Assembly (NCBI GenBank): GCA_951406725.2
Contig: OX597843.1
Location: 17,980,001 to 18,044,000, forward strand
Length of the DNA stretch: 64,000 nucleotides
Reading direction: 5' to 3'
Source: Octopus vulgaris
Lineage: Eukaryota
Positions 37,100-51,707 of this stretch are shown piece by piece (within the stretch, counting starts at the first letter, position 1; each line of letters begins with the position of its first letter). Both the position numbers and the translations under genes were made by a program. The notes beneath the pieces were generated by a model, which searched no databases, was not told the DNA's origin, and worked only from the letters and a program-made list of their open reading frames with translations.

Positions 37100-37380
37100 A
37101 AAAAAATACAAACTGGGACAAGAACGCAAAACATTTAGAAGACGATACAAAAAACGCGGACGGGACATTCGAAGCCTTCAATCTTCAGTCAAGAACCGGA
37201 TCATCCTCGCAATTTTGGCTGATTAATCTTGAGATTGCTCCGACCTGGCCAGCCCCAAAGGAAAATCTAAGCCAAGCGCATTAGATTCCTTGCAAGAAAA
37301 CCTCAAATGTCTAAAAAACAAGGACGGGAACGAATAAGAATACAAAAATACGTAAAAATAATAATGATAACAAGAATACG
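37100..37380 (-). mobile_element. Microsatellite-inserted element, related copy at ~50040-50270 (+)
   Basis: Shared ggcc....ggagca..ctcaag...gactga.gat...gaatg pattern; both copies are flanked by (AT)n. Confidence 0.5.
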
Positions 37381-37381
37381 A

Positions 37382-37412
<31 letters not shown>

Positions 37413-37439
37413 AAAGGGTGAAAAGGAACACACGAGTTG

Positions 37440-37871
37440 ATATATATGAAAAAACAAGTCAAAATAGAAAATGCTAAAATAATTTTATAAAGAACATTTC
37501 AGTACCGGTTTCGGTCATTTTGAGACCTTTTCAACTGTAACGATTAAATAATTAAATTTAGAAAAATTAGAAGAAAAGTTTTTTTAAAGGAATATTTGTA
37601 TAGTGTTCAAATATAAGTGGCATTCTGCCTTTCTCTGACTCCCTTGTTTGCACTTGTGTGCAAACAAGGGAGTCAGAGAAAGGCAGAATGCCACTTATAT
37701 TTGAACACTATACAAATATTCCTTTAAAAAAACTTTTCTTCTAATTTTTCTAAATTTAATTATTTAATCGTTACAGTTGAAAAGGTCTCAAAATGACCGA
37801 AACCGGTACTGAAATGTTCTTTATAAAATTATTTTAGCATTTTCTATTTTGACTTGTTTTTTCATATATAT
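37440..37871. repeat. 432-bp palindrome: 214-bp arms (37440-37653 / 37658-37871), 4-nt spacer; a hammerhead motif in each arm
   Basis: Centre ...cttgtttgcac ttgt gtgcaaacaag...; I found no mismatch between the arms by eye. Confidence 0.95.
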
Positions 37872-38548
37872 ATATATATATAGATAGATAGATAGAGAAT
37901 TAATTGAACATGATTGAGACAGACACTTCCCTCTCCAAACAATAAAGAGCAATGTGTTGAGAGAGAAAGAGAGAAGAAGGGGAGAGAGACAGGGAGGGAG
38001 GGGGAGATGGAGAGAGATTGCAGTTTATCAACTGGACATGATTGGCATGAACACTTTCCCTGTCTTCCAACACATAAAAAGAAAGAGAGGGGGGGAATAT
38101 ACATACATACATACATATACATATATATATATATATACTCTTTACTTGTTTCAGTCATTTGACTGCGGCCATGCTGGAGCACCGCCTTTAGTCGAGCAAC
38201 TCAACCCCGGGACTTATTCTTTGTAAGCCCAGTACTTATTCTATCGGTCTCTTTTGCCGAACTACTAAGTGATGGGGACGTAAACACACCAGCATCGGTT
38301 GTCAAGCAATGCTAGGGAGACAAACACAAACACGCATATATATATATATATACATATACACATATATACGACGGGCTTCTTTCAGTTTCCGTCTACCAAA
38401 TCCACTCACAAGGCTTTGGTCGGCCCGAGGCTATAGCAGAAGACATTTGCCGAAGGTGCCACGCCTTGGGACTGAACCCGGAACCATGTGGTTGGTTAGC
38501 AAGCTACTTACCACACAGCCACTCCTGCACCTATATATATATATATAC

Positions 38549-38622
<74 letters not shown>

Positions 38623-38849
38623 GTGTGTATAGAAGGAGAGAGGGAGATTGCAATTTATTAACTGAACAAGATTGACATATACACTTTTCCTCTCCTCAGA
38701 CACTTAAACAGAAATATACTCACACATGTCGAGAGAGAGAGAAGAAAAGGGAAACATTAAAATGTCTGAGGTCCAATAAGTTGACAGGGGTCACCAAAAC
38801 AATCCCCTCCACACATCAAAGCCCAACAACGACCAAAGTGGGGGACGAC

Positions 38850-40530
38850 ACGCTAGAAATAACATCTTGCTGAAACCACACCCTACCACTTTAAATGGTG
38901 GAAAGACACGTTCGATGATGTAGTCCTAGATACACTGTGCCTGAATAAAAGACAGGATGGTCACAACTGGTGCATCAACTGGATCAGGACTGACCCTGGG
39001 CTAAACAACAAGGAAAGACATTTAAAAGGTCATCACTTCAATGTCATAGAACAAAAATGAAATCTCCTTCAGATCCAATTCTCATGTGGTTAAAAAAATA
39101 AAAAGAGCACATTTCATAAGTTAGTCTCAGATAGACCATGTCAGAATAGGAGCCAGGATGCCAGCTGGAGTGCCTTTGATCAATTAGGACTGACTTGGGG
39201 TTAAACAACGATAAGGGTACATTATATAATGTAGTCCTAGATACACTGCGGCTGAATGAAAGACAAGATGGTTACAGCTGGAACATCACTGATCAAAGGT
39301 CTACTGGATCTGGACTGACCTAGGGCTAAACAATAACAAGGACAGGAGATCATGTAATCCTAAATATACTATGTCAAAAAGACAATGGTAACAGGTGGAA
39401 CATCTTTGATAATAAATCTACTGGATGGGAGCTGACCTGGGGTTAAACAACTGCCTTCATAACACATAATCTGACATAGACACAGGACTTCCAGGTCTCA
39501 ATCCAACCATGCCCACCTGCACCATCTGTGTCTGTACTTCTCGCATTTCAAATATCAAGCCTATACGTGGTTGCCCAACCTGTTAAAAATAAACCTCAAA
39601 TCATAACCTACTGTCTTGTAAAAAGGAAGGACACGCACAGGATAATATGATCCTAGGTACACAGTGTCTGAAAAAGAAAAAAAGAAAAGTTGGGATGGTC
39701 ATGGCTGGAATGCCTATTGATGGTAGATTTTATTGGATCAATACTGGCCTGGAGTTAAAAAAAAAACAATGACAAGGCAGGACACATTAGATGATGTATG
39801 CTTAGATATACTATGCCTGAATAAAAAGATCAACACAGCTGGAATATAATCACAAGTTTGTTGAATCAGGTGTGACCTAGGGCTAAACAAGAACAAAGAA
39901 GATACATTAGACTATGTCTGAATAAAAGACATGATGGTCACAGCTGGAACGACTTTGATCACAATCTTGGAAATCAGGACCGACCCAGGGCTAAACAAGA
40001 ACAAAGAAAGACACATTAGATATTGTAGTCCTAGATACACTATGTCTGATGGTCACAGCTGGAACACCCTTGATTGAAGGTCTGTTGGATCAGGGCTGGT
40101 CTGGAGCTAAACAAGGAAGGACACATCTTTATATATAAAATTGAAGTTGTGTGTGTGAGACTCTGTCTCCTCCGATTTAGATTCCTAACTACTCCCACAT
40201 TTTGCGGGTATCTTGTAGTCGTCATTCATATCGAGCCCTTCTGGGTATTAGCACGCGTCTACCATGAGTCTACGATTTTAAAAAAAATTTACCATCATTT
40301 TTCCGCATTTTTAATGATTTTTGCTCGGGTTATATAAGTAACTCTCTAAAAATGCTTATATAGTTATTTCCCTTACAAACCTGAGCGATACTGCTAGTTA
40401 GTCCTAGATGCACTATGTCCAAATAAAAGACAGGATGGTCACGTTTGGAACATATTTAATCAGGGGCTTGTTGAATTAGGACTAAGTCTAAACAACTACA
40501 AGAAAGACAAATTAGATGATGCAGCCCTGG
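38850..40530. repeat. Degenerate tandem array (~115-125-bp units) of a SINE-like 3' module
   Basis: Repeated gtagtcctagatacact...aaaagacaggatggtcacagctggaa...ctgacctagggctaaacaac. The module also occurs at ~4070-4146, 42560-42920 and 53000-53430. Confidence 0.75.
40126..40397 (+). mobile_element. Non-autonomous Helitron-like element inserted at A|T inside the degenerate array (hairpin deleted)
   Basis: TC...CTAG ends; body homologous to 33266-33565. Confidence 0.75.
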
Positions 40531-41371
40531 ATCTGCTCCCAGGGCCTCGTTAAATTGGTGCTAAACATCAGGGTTCCCATCTGTTTTCTTATAGTTTCTG
40601 CCATATTGCAGGTATTTACCATTTCTTCATCATGGACTTATATCCTAAGACAGAGGTAAGTAACCAGATTTGGTGGTGGGCCAGGGTGGAAAGGTGGTTT
40701 CATATGTTGTGAGTCAAAGTAAATAAAGAAAATGAAACCCTAACCATACAAAACTTTAGAAAGATCTGGGTTTTTTTTAAAATGCCACTTGTTGAAGCAA
40801 AGGAATCGTTACAACATTTAATGAGTTTCAAATTAGTATGCATCACGTGTGACCCAGCATGTAGTGAAGAGTTAAAAGCAGTTTTAATCAGGCTGAATGG
40901 AAGTGGTTGTGGGCTTTTGTAGTTGATGTGGGGGTCAACCAGTTTCGTGGAGGCACATGGCCTAGTGGTTAGAGCAGTGGACTCGCGGTTGAGGGATAGC
41001 GGGTTCAAATCTCAGACCGGGCGATGTGTGTGTTTATGAGTGAAACACCTAAGCTCCCCGTGGCTCCGGCAGAAGGTAATGGTGAGACTTCTGCTGACTC
41101 TTTCGCCACAACTTTCTCTCACTCTTTCCTCCTGCATCTTGCAGCTCACCTGCGATGGACCGGCATCCCATCCAGGTGGGGAACCTATATGCCAAAGAAA
41201 CCGGCCTTTATGAGCCAGGCATGGCTCGAGAAGGAATAAACAAACAAAAACAAACAACCAGTTTTGCTGATCCCCTCAACAGACAAATGGTTTTAATCAC
41301 TCTCTCCCTACTTACAATCACTCATACATATAAACTATATTGAAAGCAATGGTAGGGGACCCATTTTCCTT

Positions 41372-41757
41372 TCAGCCTCAAACTGGGAGATGCAAGTGGA
41401 TCTGAAGGGCAGACTTGTCTTCTCAGAGGAGATGGTGGTAACATCACTCCAACCAGACATGTTCCTGCTCTTCAGGAATATGAAAACAATAATTGTGGTC
41501 GAACTTACTTGCCTTGAGAGGACTTAACTGAAATTTCCTATCAGATAAAAACAAAATAACGGAATTTAGTCAATGACGCCCCTATCAAGGTCTGGGATGC
41601 AGCCTCATTCCCCATTGAAGTCAGCTGTTACAGTTTTCCAGCCAAATCAGTGAGTGGTTTAAGACAGGACTGGAACCCAGACAACTGAAGAAAGCCATCA
41701 TGGAAAGATGCACAGCAGTTGAAGCTAGATCAAGATGGCTATGGTTGATGAGAGATT
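41372..41757 (+). mobile_element. Decayed HERO-like non-LTR retrotransposon, restriction-like endonuclease region
   Basis: WEMQVDLKGRLVF..VTSLQPD...IIVVELT...FPIEV.C..F...SRWLWLMR resembles the HERO REL domain (RPD..ELTVPWE..PIEVGCRGF..SRWLW). Confidence 0.7.
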
Positions 41758-44700
41758 GCAAGACGAACCCTTTTGTAGGTAAAAACTAGCTCAGTCTTTC
41801 CTGCCCCACTCAGGAGTTCAAGTGGTTAGGTCAGGTGTGTGCATGTGGAGGGGGAGGGCATAGCACCAGTTATCGGTAAATTGTTGGGCGACCCACTGAG
41901 CAGAATCCAGTTAGTCCCCATCTCCAGATTCCTCCTCATCTGCCGTTAGCATGTGGCATGGGTTAAACAGCACAAGCTGTCAACCCCACTGGTACCCTCG
42001 GTGAAGAGAGCGCAATAAGCAGGGTCTAACTCAGACTACTGAGCAACATGGCCTAACAGTATGAGCTGATGCTCCTGAAACATACAAGGAACGGGGTACA
42101 TCTCAGTTTCTGAGTAGAATCGTTGGAGATGAGATCTGACAGATGGTACCCCACAATCCTGTGAAACATCCTGGTAGCAAAGTAGTTCGGGTGGCTCTTG
42201 AGGGCCCTGGAACAGTGTCAAAGTCTCATAACTATAGAACAGGACAAGAAGGACCAGAGACATTGGGATCCAAACCTTTGTCCTCCTGTGTAGATATCAG
42301 CAGCACCAAACACCCTTGTCCATCGAGTCCACAACTGCACCAGCTCATCCAAGTCTCTTTAGGATTTCAGACTTGCAACCAATGTCACTTTTAATCTTAA
42401 TGCTGAGATAAGTGAAAAGGGGTCAACAACTTTCACAATCTCACCCACTACGGAGACAGTCGAGGTGGAATCCTCCAAAGAACCAACGAAGGACTGAGGA
42501 TCAGAACAAATAATGCATTTTACCCAACTCTCATACAAAACTGCCAAACAATAGATACATTGTGTCTGAAAAACAAAATAAAACAAGATGGTCATGGCTA
42601 GAATACATTTGATCTGCTTAAGGACGAACCTGGGGCTAAACAAGGAGGAGGAGCACATTACATTATGTAGCCCTACATACATTTTATCTGAAAATCAAAA
42701 AAGTAAATGAGATAGGATAGTCACAGGGGGAATATTTTTGATCTGCATAAGGGCTGACCTAGGGCTAAACAACAAGGAGGGAGAACACATCACATAATAT
42801 AAGTCCTAGATGCACTATACCTGAAAAACAAAAAAAAAGAATGAAAGGTAGGATGTTCAGGGATGGGATGTTTTCAATCAGAAGTCTGCTGGATCAGGCC
42901 TGACCTAGGGTTAAACAACACTTCAAACGATAGTTATTGCAGTAAGAGAGAATGTTGTTGTTGTTGATATTATCATCACTTAATGTCTGTTTTCCATGCT
43001 GGCATGGGTTGGATGGGTTGAACTGATAAGCCACAGGATTAAGCTAAGCTCTGCTGTCTGTTTTGGCAGGGTTTGTACAACTGGATGCTCTTCCTAACAG
43101 CAACCACTCCAGACTGTACTGGGAGCATTTCACATGGCACCAACACAAGTGAGGTCACCAGGTAACCCACGAGACAAGACCCTTTATTCCAGGATCAGAC
43201 CCTTTGCATGGAACCTTGGGCAAGTGTCTTCTACTGTAACTCCAGCTTGAGCAAAGCTTTGTGAGCGGATTTGGTAGACGGAAACTGAAAGAAGCTCATC
43301 ACATACATGTGTGTGTGTCCGTGTGTCCGTCCACCACCACTGCTTGACAACCAGTGGTGGTTTGCTTACAACACCTGTAAGTTAGCAGTTTAGTAAAAGA
43401 AACTGATAGAATAAGTCCTGGGGTTGATTTGTTTGACTGAAACCCTTCAAGGCAGTGTGCCCCAGCATGGCCACAGTCAAATGATAGAAGCAAGTACAAG
43501 ATATACACCCACCCACACAAAAACAGGTTATCAAATGCCGTACAACATAAATTTTGGATTCGAAGTCGATATAGAACCTCATCCGACGACAGGCACCCAT
43601 GCCAACCCCCTTTGCTTGCGAAGACATGTTGGGGAAATCGAAATCGAATTGAACCAGCCAGGATCCCTGGTCTGGTGGTACGTAAAAAGCACTATCCGAC
43701 TCGTGGCTGATGCCAGCGTCGCCTCGACTGGCTTCCGTGCCGGTGGCACGTAAAATACACCAATCTGACCGTGGCCGTGGCCAGCCTCGCCTGGCACCTG
43801 TGCAGGTGGCACGTAAAAAGCACCCACTACACTCACGGAGTGGTTGGCATTAGGAAGGGCATCCAGCTGTAGAAACATTGCCAGATCAGACTGGAGCAGC
43901 CTCCTGGCTTCCCAGATCCCCAGTCGAACCGTCCAACCCATGCTAGCATGGAGAATGGACGTTAAACAACGATGATGATGATGATGATGATGATGAACTC
44001 TGCCAAACTGCAATTAAGACAAGATAACCTCAAGATTGAAAAGTGCTCCAAAGTTAACATGCTGTTGCGAAAAGGGACAGGCAATGTCTGGCAACAAGAG
44101 GACAGTTATGGATGTGTTTTTGACTCAATAATCATTGCCAGCACATGATGACCTTCTTTCAGTTCACATCTACCAAATTGACACACAGAGGTTTTGATTA
44201 ACCCAGGGCTATAATAAAAGATACTTGCCTAAGGTGCCGTGCAGTGGGACTGAACCTGGAACTATGTAGTTGGTAAGGAAGCTTTGTAATCCAACAGTCA
44301 TGCCAGTGCTTAACCTTTAGGATGCTTCAGCCTATCATGTTACTGTATGAGTTTTCTCCAGGTGCATTGTGTTGCATTGAGAGGGGAGAAAACTCATGCA
44401 GTGACATGATATACCTACAGCATGCTAAAGGTTAAATTAATTAACAATAAAACTTGTTGCTTGTATGTTCTGATGTATTCAATTCTTTAGCAATTAAACC
44501 AGTCGTATCAGACCCAAATATTCTGTCTGTTTTATGCCCAAACTGGCCACATCTGGCTTCTCACACCTACCCTACAATGTCATTCTAAAAATAAACAACT
44601 ACATAATTGAAATCTTGAAGCTACAAGGTAGCTGCATGATTAATTCAAAACAACGAGAAGAAATAAGAGTTATATTTGATAGAGTAATCTAAATTTTAAA

Positions 44701-45154
44701 GGATTAAGAGAGATACAGGGGTAACTTGAGGCGACGACAAACAAAACTTTGATGCCATAGCATAACAGCACACTCATCCAGGGGTCATTCCATGTGTGAC
44801 ATTTTGATGAACCACTCTTACCCCCACCAGCTGTTTGACTCTCCAGATTTAGCCCCTGCAAATGGTTGTTTTTCTCCACCAAAAGTTGGAGTCTACCCCC
44901 AAGAAAGGTAACTGATTTCTACCAACAGAAGAGATCAAAGAAAATTTGCAAGAACTGCCACCCAATAGCCGAAATGAATTCCAAAACTAAGGAAAACATT
45001 GGGAATAGTTTACCAAGGCTGGAGGGAATTGCGTCAAAGAGGGCATTCTAAGGAAATTCTAATAGATTTGCTTTAATTCTTAGATCTCCTGAATGTAGCT
45101 ATGTCTGCATGAGAGTGTGTGTGTACAGACACACACACACACACACTAAGACAA

Positions 45155-45955
45155 CATGCATTCCAGAAGTTTCGAGACTTTATCAGACAAGGCAGTTATA
45201 ACTGTCAGAGGTAATTGTAAATTTAGTATATCACTGCTAGACATCTAATAAGCTGACCTGCCACCTTTAGTTATTCCAGACTGAAGGAGATGGCTGTAAT
45301 AGTACTTTGAACTTTACTAAACACTGCTTGTCACGGCTGACTAGTTTTGCAGCAGAATGCAGTCAGGAGACGCGAAGGCAATCTGGAAATATTGTTGTGC
45401 AATGAAGTTTGGTGTTGAACTGGGCAAAAACATGGCAAAACCTTATGAAATGCTCCAGACTGGTCGTGGATTAACTTGTATGAGCTGAGCATTTGATTTT
45501 CACTGGCACAAGGGGCCAGGAAAAGCAAGTCTACTGGCAAGCTCATAATGATCCCCTTTTTCCACAGCACCCACTGGCTTCCCTCTGACCAGAAAGGCAA
45601 CAAAGAACACTTTGTGGAGGTTTTGAGGGAGTTCAGGATGCGATTTCATCAGAAAAGGCTAAGACGCCTGCTCCAGTTAACAATTCCATTCTGGTAACTG
45701 ACCACTCAACAGAGATGGGCATCAAATTTGATACTCACCATCCCCACAGTCCAAACCTTGTTCTTTGTTGTTCCCTAAGCTGAAAGAGACAATGAGGGAG
45801 GGTCCTGAACCCCTTCACTTTAAAGAACTTCCATGGGTCCTTCATGCAGTGGCTGGAATGCTTCAACAAAAGCATTGAAGTCAGAGAATCCTACTTTGAA
45901 GATTAGAGTTTTGGATTTTGAAATTAATAAATCTCAAAACTTCGTTAATGCTCTT
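45155..45955 (+). mobile_element. Internally deleted old mariner (different subfamily from 22483-23992)
   Basis: CAMKFGVELGK...YEMLQT; KEHFVEVLREFR.RF..KR; HNSILVTD..EMGIK...HHPHSPNL..FPKLK; imperfect TIRs gaagtttcgagactt / aatctcaaaacttc. Confidence 0.75.
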
Positions 45956-46514
45956 TGTATGTGTGTGTGTGTGTGTGTGCACAAATGTATGTATATGTGT
46001 AAGCAACTGGTGCAAAATAAAGCACAGCCTACATCTTCAAGACACCAAAGATACAATGAGAAACCCTTAGAAAACTCCAGTGAATCCCACAAGGAATTGA
46101 CAGCTTCCACATTTGGGGCATAGAGAGACAAAAAAAAAAGTCCCATGTAATCGATTGACCTGAAATCACCAATAGGCACCACTATCTGGCACACAAACAG
46201 AGTGTCTCATCGCTCTCTGCTGCTTCTACAATAATGGTCTCAGCGCTTCACAGCTTGTTGGTTTTGCACGACTTCTGTTCAGGCAAGCACCTTTGGCTTT
46301 CTCACCTCTCCTCCTTTTATAATCCAAGCTGAGTCCACTAACAGGGTCCTAACCCTAACTACTAACTCCTGTTTCTTCCTCCCTACAATGTTGACATTTT
46401 TAATTCCTTTTTTGTCCATTTTTTTTTCTTCTACAATTTATTAATTTTCTTGCAACTGTTTGAAAGAAATATTTGTCAGTATTGACCCCAATGATTTTGA
46501 AGAATCTAACTAAC

Positions 46515-46960
46515 CTCTTCTACCAGTCCTTAATGAACTCCTTTTTCCAGCCCTCACCAATAAACCCCCCGCCAACAAAACCCCTTTTGTCCATCCCTCA
46601 CCAACAAAACCCCTTTTGCTCATCCCTCACCAACAAAATTCTCTTCATCCTTCCCTTGCTAATAAAACCCTCTTCATCCATCCCTCACTGAAGAAACCCC
46701 TTTTAGCCATCCCTCACCAAGGAAACCTCTTTTAACCATCCCTCACTGAGGAAGCCCCTTTTTTCCATCCTTCAAAACTTTTTCATCCCTCCCTCACTAA
46801 TAAAACCCCTTTTGTCCATCCATAATACAACTCCTATCATCTGGCCTTCCCCAATAAAGTCACTTAATCTGGCCCTCACCTATAAACCCCCTTTCTGTGT
46901 CCTTCACCAACAAAGCTCCTTCATCCAGCCCTCATCAATAAAACCCCTTCTGGTCCTTAC
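46515..46960. repeat. Degenerate C-rich minisatellite (~31-bp unit)
   Basis: Repeats of catccctcaccaacaaaacccctttt. Confidence 0.8.
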
Positions 46961-49900
46961 TGATGAAAGGAAATTCGACATGTTGAAAACTTTAAAATCT
47001 CCCTCCAACTGGTAACACAAGAGGGGGCTGCAAAGTTCCCTTATGTTTTTATTCAACATATTCCTCTCATACACTTATTACAGCAATCCTTCAGTTTTCC
47101 TAAGCCCTGTGAAAGAATTTGGAAGGTTGGGCCTCTAACCAAGACTTTCATGATACTGTTAAAGCCAGGAACTTTCAGCAGCCCTTTGTGCAACCTGTTG
47201 CATGGCCAAGTTATCAGCAACTAAGCAGGTTCCCCCCAACACACACACACACACTGGCTGGTGGGGATGGAAACCCACGAGGACTAGAACACTACCTGCC
47301 AAAAGGAATGGGGCATATAATTGATGTAGACTCAACAGCTACCTTGCAACAGAGTGGGGATGTAGGAATTTCAGGTTGGTGTCTGGCATGCTGTAAGATC
47401 ATCAGGGATGAAGCCCCTCTTAGTTTCAGTTACAGCATGCCTGAGCAAGCACCACAGCTGTACTGGGTAATATAGCAGTGGCAGGGGTGGGGGTGGAGTC
47501 TAGGTGTGACAGGCTTGGAAGGCAGCCAGGCTAGAAGAAGAGCTAAGAAAGCAAACCAGACAGCCCTAATAAGGGCCTGAAGAAGCAACAAATAGATTAT
47601 GTCTGAGCCCCCACCCAGAACTCAACCCTTCAGTTATGCCAATGGGAATACTCTAGGTCTTCATCATCATCATTTTAAGGTCCTCTTTTCCATGCTTGCA
47701 TGGGTTGGGGTGTGTTTGCAGAGGCAGTTTACTACACGTGATGCCAAGAAAACAGAGATAGTAACACACAAACACACATTGTATAACTGGCCTGTTAAAA
47801 GCACCCTTCAATTGTTGGGTGATATGCTGTGCCTGTGAAGGCCTGTAAATTCGTAGTCATGGCCAATACCAGTGCCATCTGACTGGCACCTATGCCGGTG
47901 GCGCATAAAAGGCACCGCTCGAGCGTTGAACCTCATGGTGGCAGTGACAGGTGAGCAAGACCTTTGGTGAGATACCATGCTTGTGTAGACCTGTCAAGTG
48001 AGACCATAATCGCTACTGATGCCAGTATCAGATCAATGGCACCCATGCCGATGGCATGTAAAAAACACCCACTACACTCTTGGAGTGGTTGGCATTAGGA
48101 AAAGCATCCAGCCGTAGAAACTTTGCCAGATCAGATTGGAGCCTGGTGCAGTTTCCTGGCTTATCAGTATTCGGTCAAACTATCCAACCCATGCCAGCAT
48201 GGAAAGCAGACATTAAATGATGATGAAGGGCTTCTTTCAGTTTCTGTTCACCAAACCCACTCACAGGTCTTTGGTCAGCCTGAGGCTGTGGAAGAAGATA
48301 CTTGCCCAAAATGCCACACTGTAAGAGTGAACTTCTGAGCACACAGCCATACCAGCAGCTTTTTAAATATAATTCAGAGAAAATTTTCATAGGTACAGGT
48401 GTGGTTGTGAGGTAAGAAGTCTGCTTCCCAATCACATGGTTCCGAGTTCAGTTCCACAGTGTGGCACCTTGGGCATGTGCCTTCTACTATAACCCCAGGT
48501 TGACCAAAGCCTTATGGGAGGATTTGGTAGACAGAGATTGAAAGAAACGCGTGTGTGTATCCACCACCATTTGACAACCAGTATTGGTTTGTTTATATCC
48601 TTGTGACTTAACAGCTCAGCATAAAAGACTGATAGAAGGAATACCAGGCTTGAAGAACATAAAATAAATATGTATACAGATAGATGACTAGAGACCGAGA
48701 CCTATGGAAGTATGCTGTGCGTGAGAAGACCCGGCAGGACTAGTGAGACCATAACCCGTGGCCTCTACCTGGGATGTAGCCAGTCGACCTATGCATATCT
48801 TTCCTTCTTGGGACACAAACCTCCACTTGTGAAGACCCGTTGAGGCAAGTGGAAATCAGAAATCAGAACCAAAATCGAAGGCAATCAACATCAATGGAAA
48901 CTGCAGCAGTGATACCAGTGCCGGTGGCACGTAAGCGAACCATCCAATCGTGGCTGTTGCCAGCGCCGCCCCGACTGGCCTCCGTGCCGGTGGCACATAA
49001 AAAGCACCATCCGATCATGGCTGTTGCCAGCCTCGCCTGGCCCCCGCACCACCCGACCGTGGCTGTTGCCAGTGCCACCCCGACTGGCCTCCGTGCTGGT
49101 GGCACGTAAAAAGCACCATCCGTTCGTGGCCGTTTGCCAGCCCCGTCTGGCACGTAAAAGGCACCCACTAGACTCACGGAGTGGTTAGCATTAGGAAGGG
49201 CATCCAGCCGTAGAAACACTGCCAGATCAGACTGGGCCTGGTGCAGCCTTCTGGCTTCCCAGACCCCAGTTGCACCGTCCAACCCATGCCAGCATGGAAA
49301 GCGGACGTTAAATGATGATGATAGATTTGTCCCACTATAACCATTCCAGGGCTGTGCCACTGAATGGGCTCAAGATAATGACCAGAACAAGTGAATGATA
49401 TATGATAAAATATAAAATCAAAAATGACAAAAAAAAAATCCAGCCAGCAATGTCCACTGAAAGAGGGAAATGAAAGGCAAAAGATGGTTAAAACGAAATT
49501 TTGAAAAACCAAAAAAATTATTTTGTCACAAAATTGGAATCTCGTGCTTTATGCAAGAGACTGCAATTTTGTGACAAAAACAAAAATTTTAGAATTCAGC
49601 TAAAAAAGAAAAAATCAAAGAAGTGATGGAGAATAAATAATTTCAATTATATTTTGAAATTTTGTTTTATGGAATTGTAATTTTCAACATTGAAAATAGA
49701 ATCTGCTATCTTTTACTTGTTTCAGTCATAGACTGCTGCCATGTTGGAGCACCGCCTTAAAAGATTTTTCAGTTGAATGAATTAACCCTTGTACTTTTTT
49801 TTTTTAAAAACTTGGTACTTATTCTATCAGTCTTTTTTTACTGAACTGCTAAGTTACAGGGACATAAATACACCAGTACCGGCTGTCAAAGCAGCAGGAG

Positions 49901-50663
49901 GGCAAATAGTGACATGCCCACAGATATACATGCGTGCATGTGTGTGTGTGTGTATATATATATATACACACACACACACATATATATTGTATTTGTAATT
50001 GTGTACCAATTCTCCATTTTTTCGTTTTTGTTTTCATATACATTCGCTTGCTTTCTTCCAAGTCCTCTTAGCTTAAGTTTTCTTGGGGCCGGCCAAATTG
50101 GAGCAGTCAAGAGTCTCAAGTGTAACCGGCTGAAACTGCTAAGACGGTCTGGAACTCGACTGAGGATAGGAAGCTCTGAATGACTTTTTTTTCCGTCCTT
50201 TTTTGTATTATATAACTGTCCAGATGTTTTATTGTCGCCTCTTACATTCTTGTTCTATTTTTTTGTTTACTTTATATATATATATATCACCGTGATCGAC
50301 CAGGCTATCAGATGTTGCTACACATCACTGGTCACAATGCGCTTTGCATTGTTTTAGCCTTTGAATGACGCCACCCCACTGGCTAAGCTAGCAGGCCAAC
50401 AGAAGAAAGAGTGAGAGAAAGTTGTGGTGAAAGAGTACAGCAGGGATCGCCACCACTCCCTGCCGGAGCCTCGTGGGGCTTCAGGTGTTTTCGCTCAAAC
50501 GCTCACAACGCCCGGTCTGGGAATCGAAACCGCGATCCTATGACCGCGAGTCCACTGCCCTAACCACTGGGTCATTGCGCCTCCACATATATATAAATTT
50601 ATTTACTCTGCTATGTATTGAGTACCTTATTTACTGTGGTTAACCCCGACTCAACCCGGGACC

Positions 50664-50707
<44 letters not shown>

Positions 50708-51664
50708 TTTCTATCAGTTCTCATCAACTAACTCCCTCTCACAAGGCTTTGATTAGCCAGAAGCTATAGTAGAAGACACCTGCCCAAGGTGCCATGCAGT
50801 GAGACTGAACCTGGAATTGTGCGACTTCTTACCACACAGCCACACCTGTGCCTAATATTAGAAATTTAAACAAAAATATTCTGAAATATGAAAAATAGTG
50901 TGCATGTGTGTGTATACACATGCTGTACATAGAGAGAGTGACGGTGCACGGTTGAGTGATTAGGGTGTGGTTCTTATACTCTTACTTGTTTCAGTCATTT
51001 GAATGCGGCCATGCTGGAGCACCGCCTTTAGTCGAGCAAATCGACCCTGGGACTTATTCTTTGTAAGCCCAGTACTTATTCTATCGGTCTCTTTTGCTGA
51101 ACCGCTAAGTGATGGGGATGTAAACACACCAGCATCGGTTGTCAAGCAATGCTAGGGGGACAAACACAGACACACAAACATATATACGACAGGCTTCTTT
51201 CAGTTTCCGTCTACCAAATCCACTCACAAGGCATTGGTCGGCCCGGGGCTATAGCAGAAGACACTTGCCCAAGATGCCACGCAGTGGGACTGAACCCGGA
51301 ACCATGTGGTTGGTAAGCAAGCTACTTACCACACAGCCACTCCTGCACCTATGCTCATATTGCCAAGAGTTTGATTCCTGGACTGGGCATTTTGTTGAGT
51401 CCTTGAAGAAAACACTTCACTTCACACTGCATCCAGTCTACTCAGCTGCAAATGGAAACCAACCCAGTGCGCCAGTACAGCTAAGCCCCTCACCTTCTGC
51501 CTCTCCGCTTGTCATATACCTTAAGGTTCCAAAAGGTAAATCTGGAAGGGCTGAGAGGATGGACTGCTTGGTTTCCCTCTGAGAACTTTCAAAGGAACTC
51601 AGGTACATGGTACCTGGTCATAAACACTTGCAATGGTTAAGGTTGAATAGAGATAAAATTAGGA

Positions 51665-51695
<31 letters not shown>

Positions 51696-51707
51696 GTATC
51701 TATATAT

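Noticed and set aside
37160-37195. CTGAAGA...GAAT (and CTGAGGA...GAAT at ~50160-50185) as further hammerheads
   Set aside because: The GAAA box is altered and helix I pairing is unconvincing; not counted.
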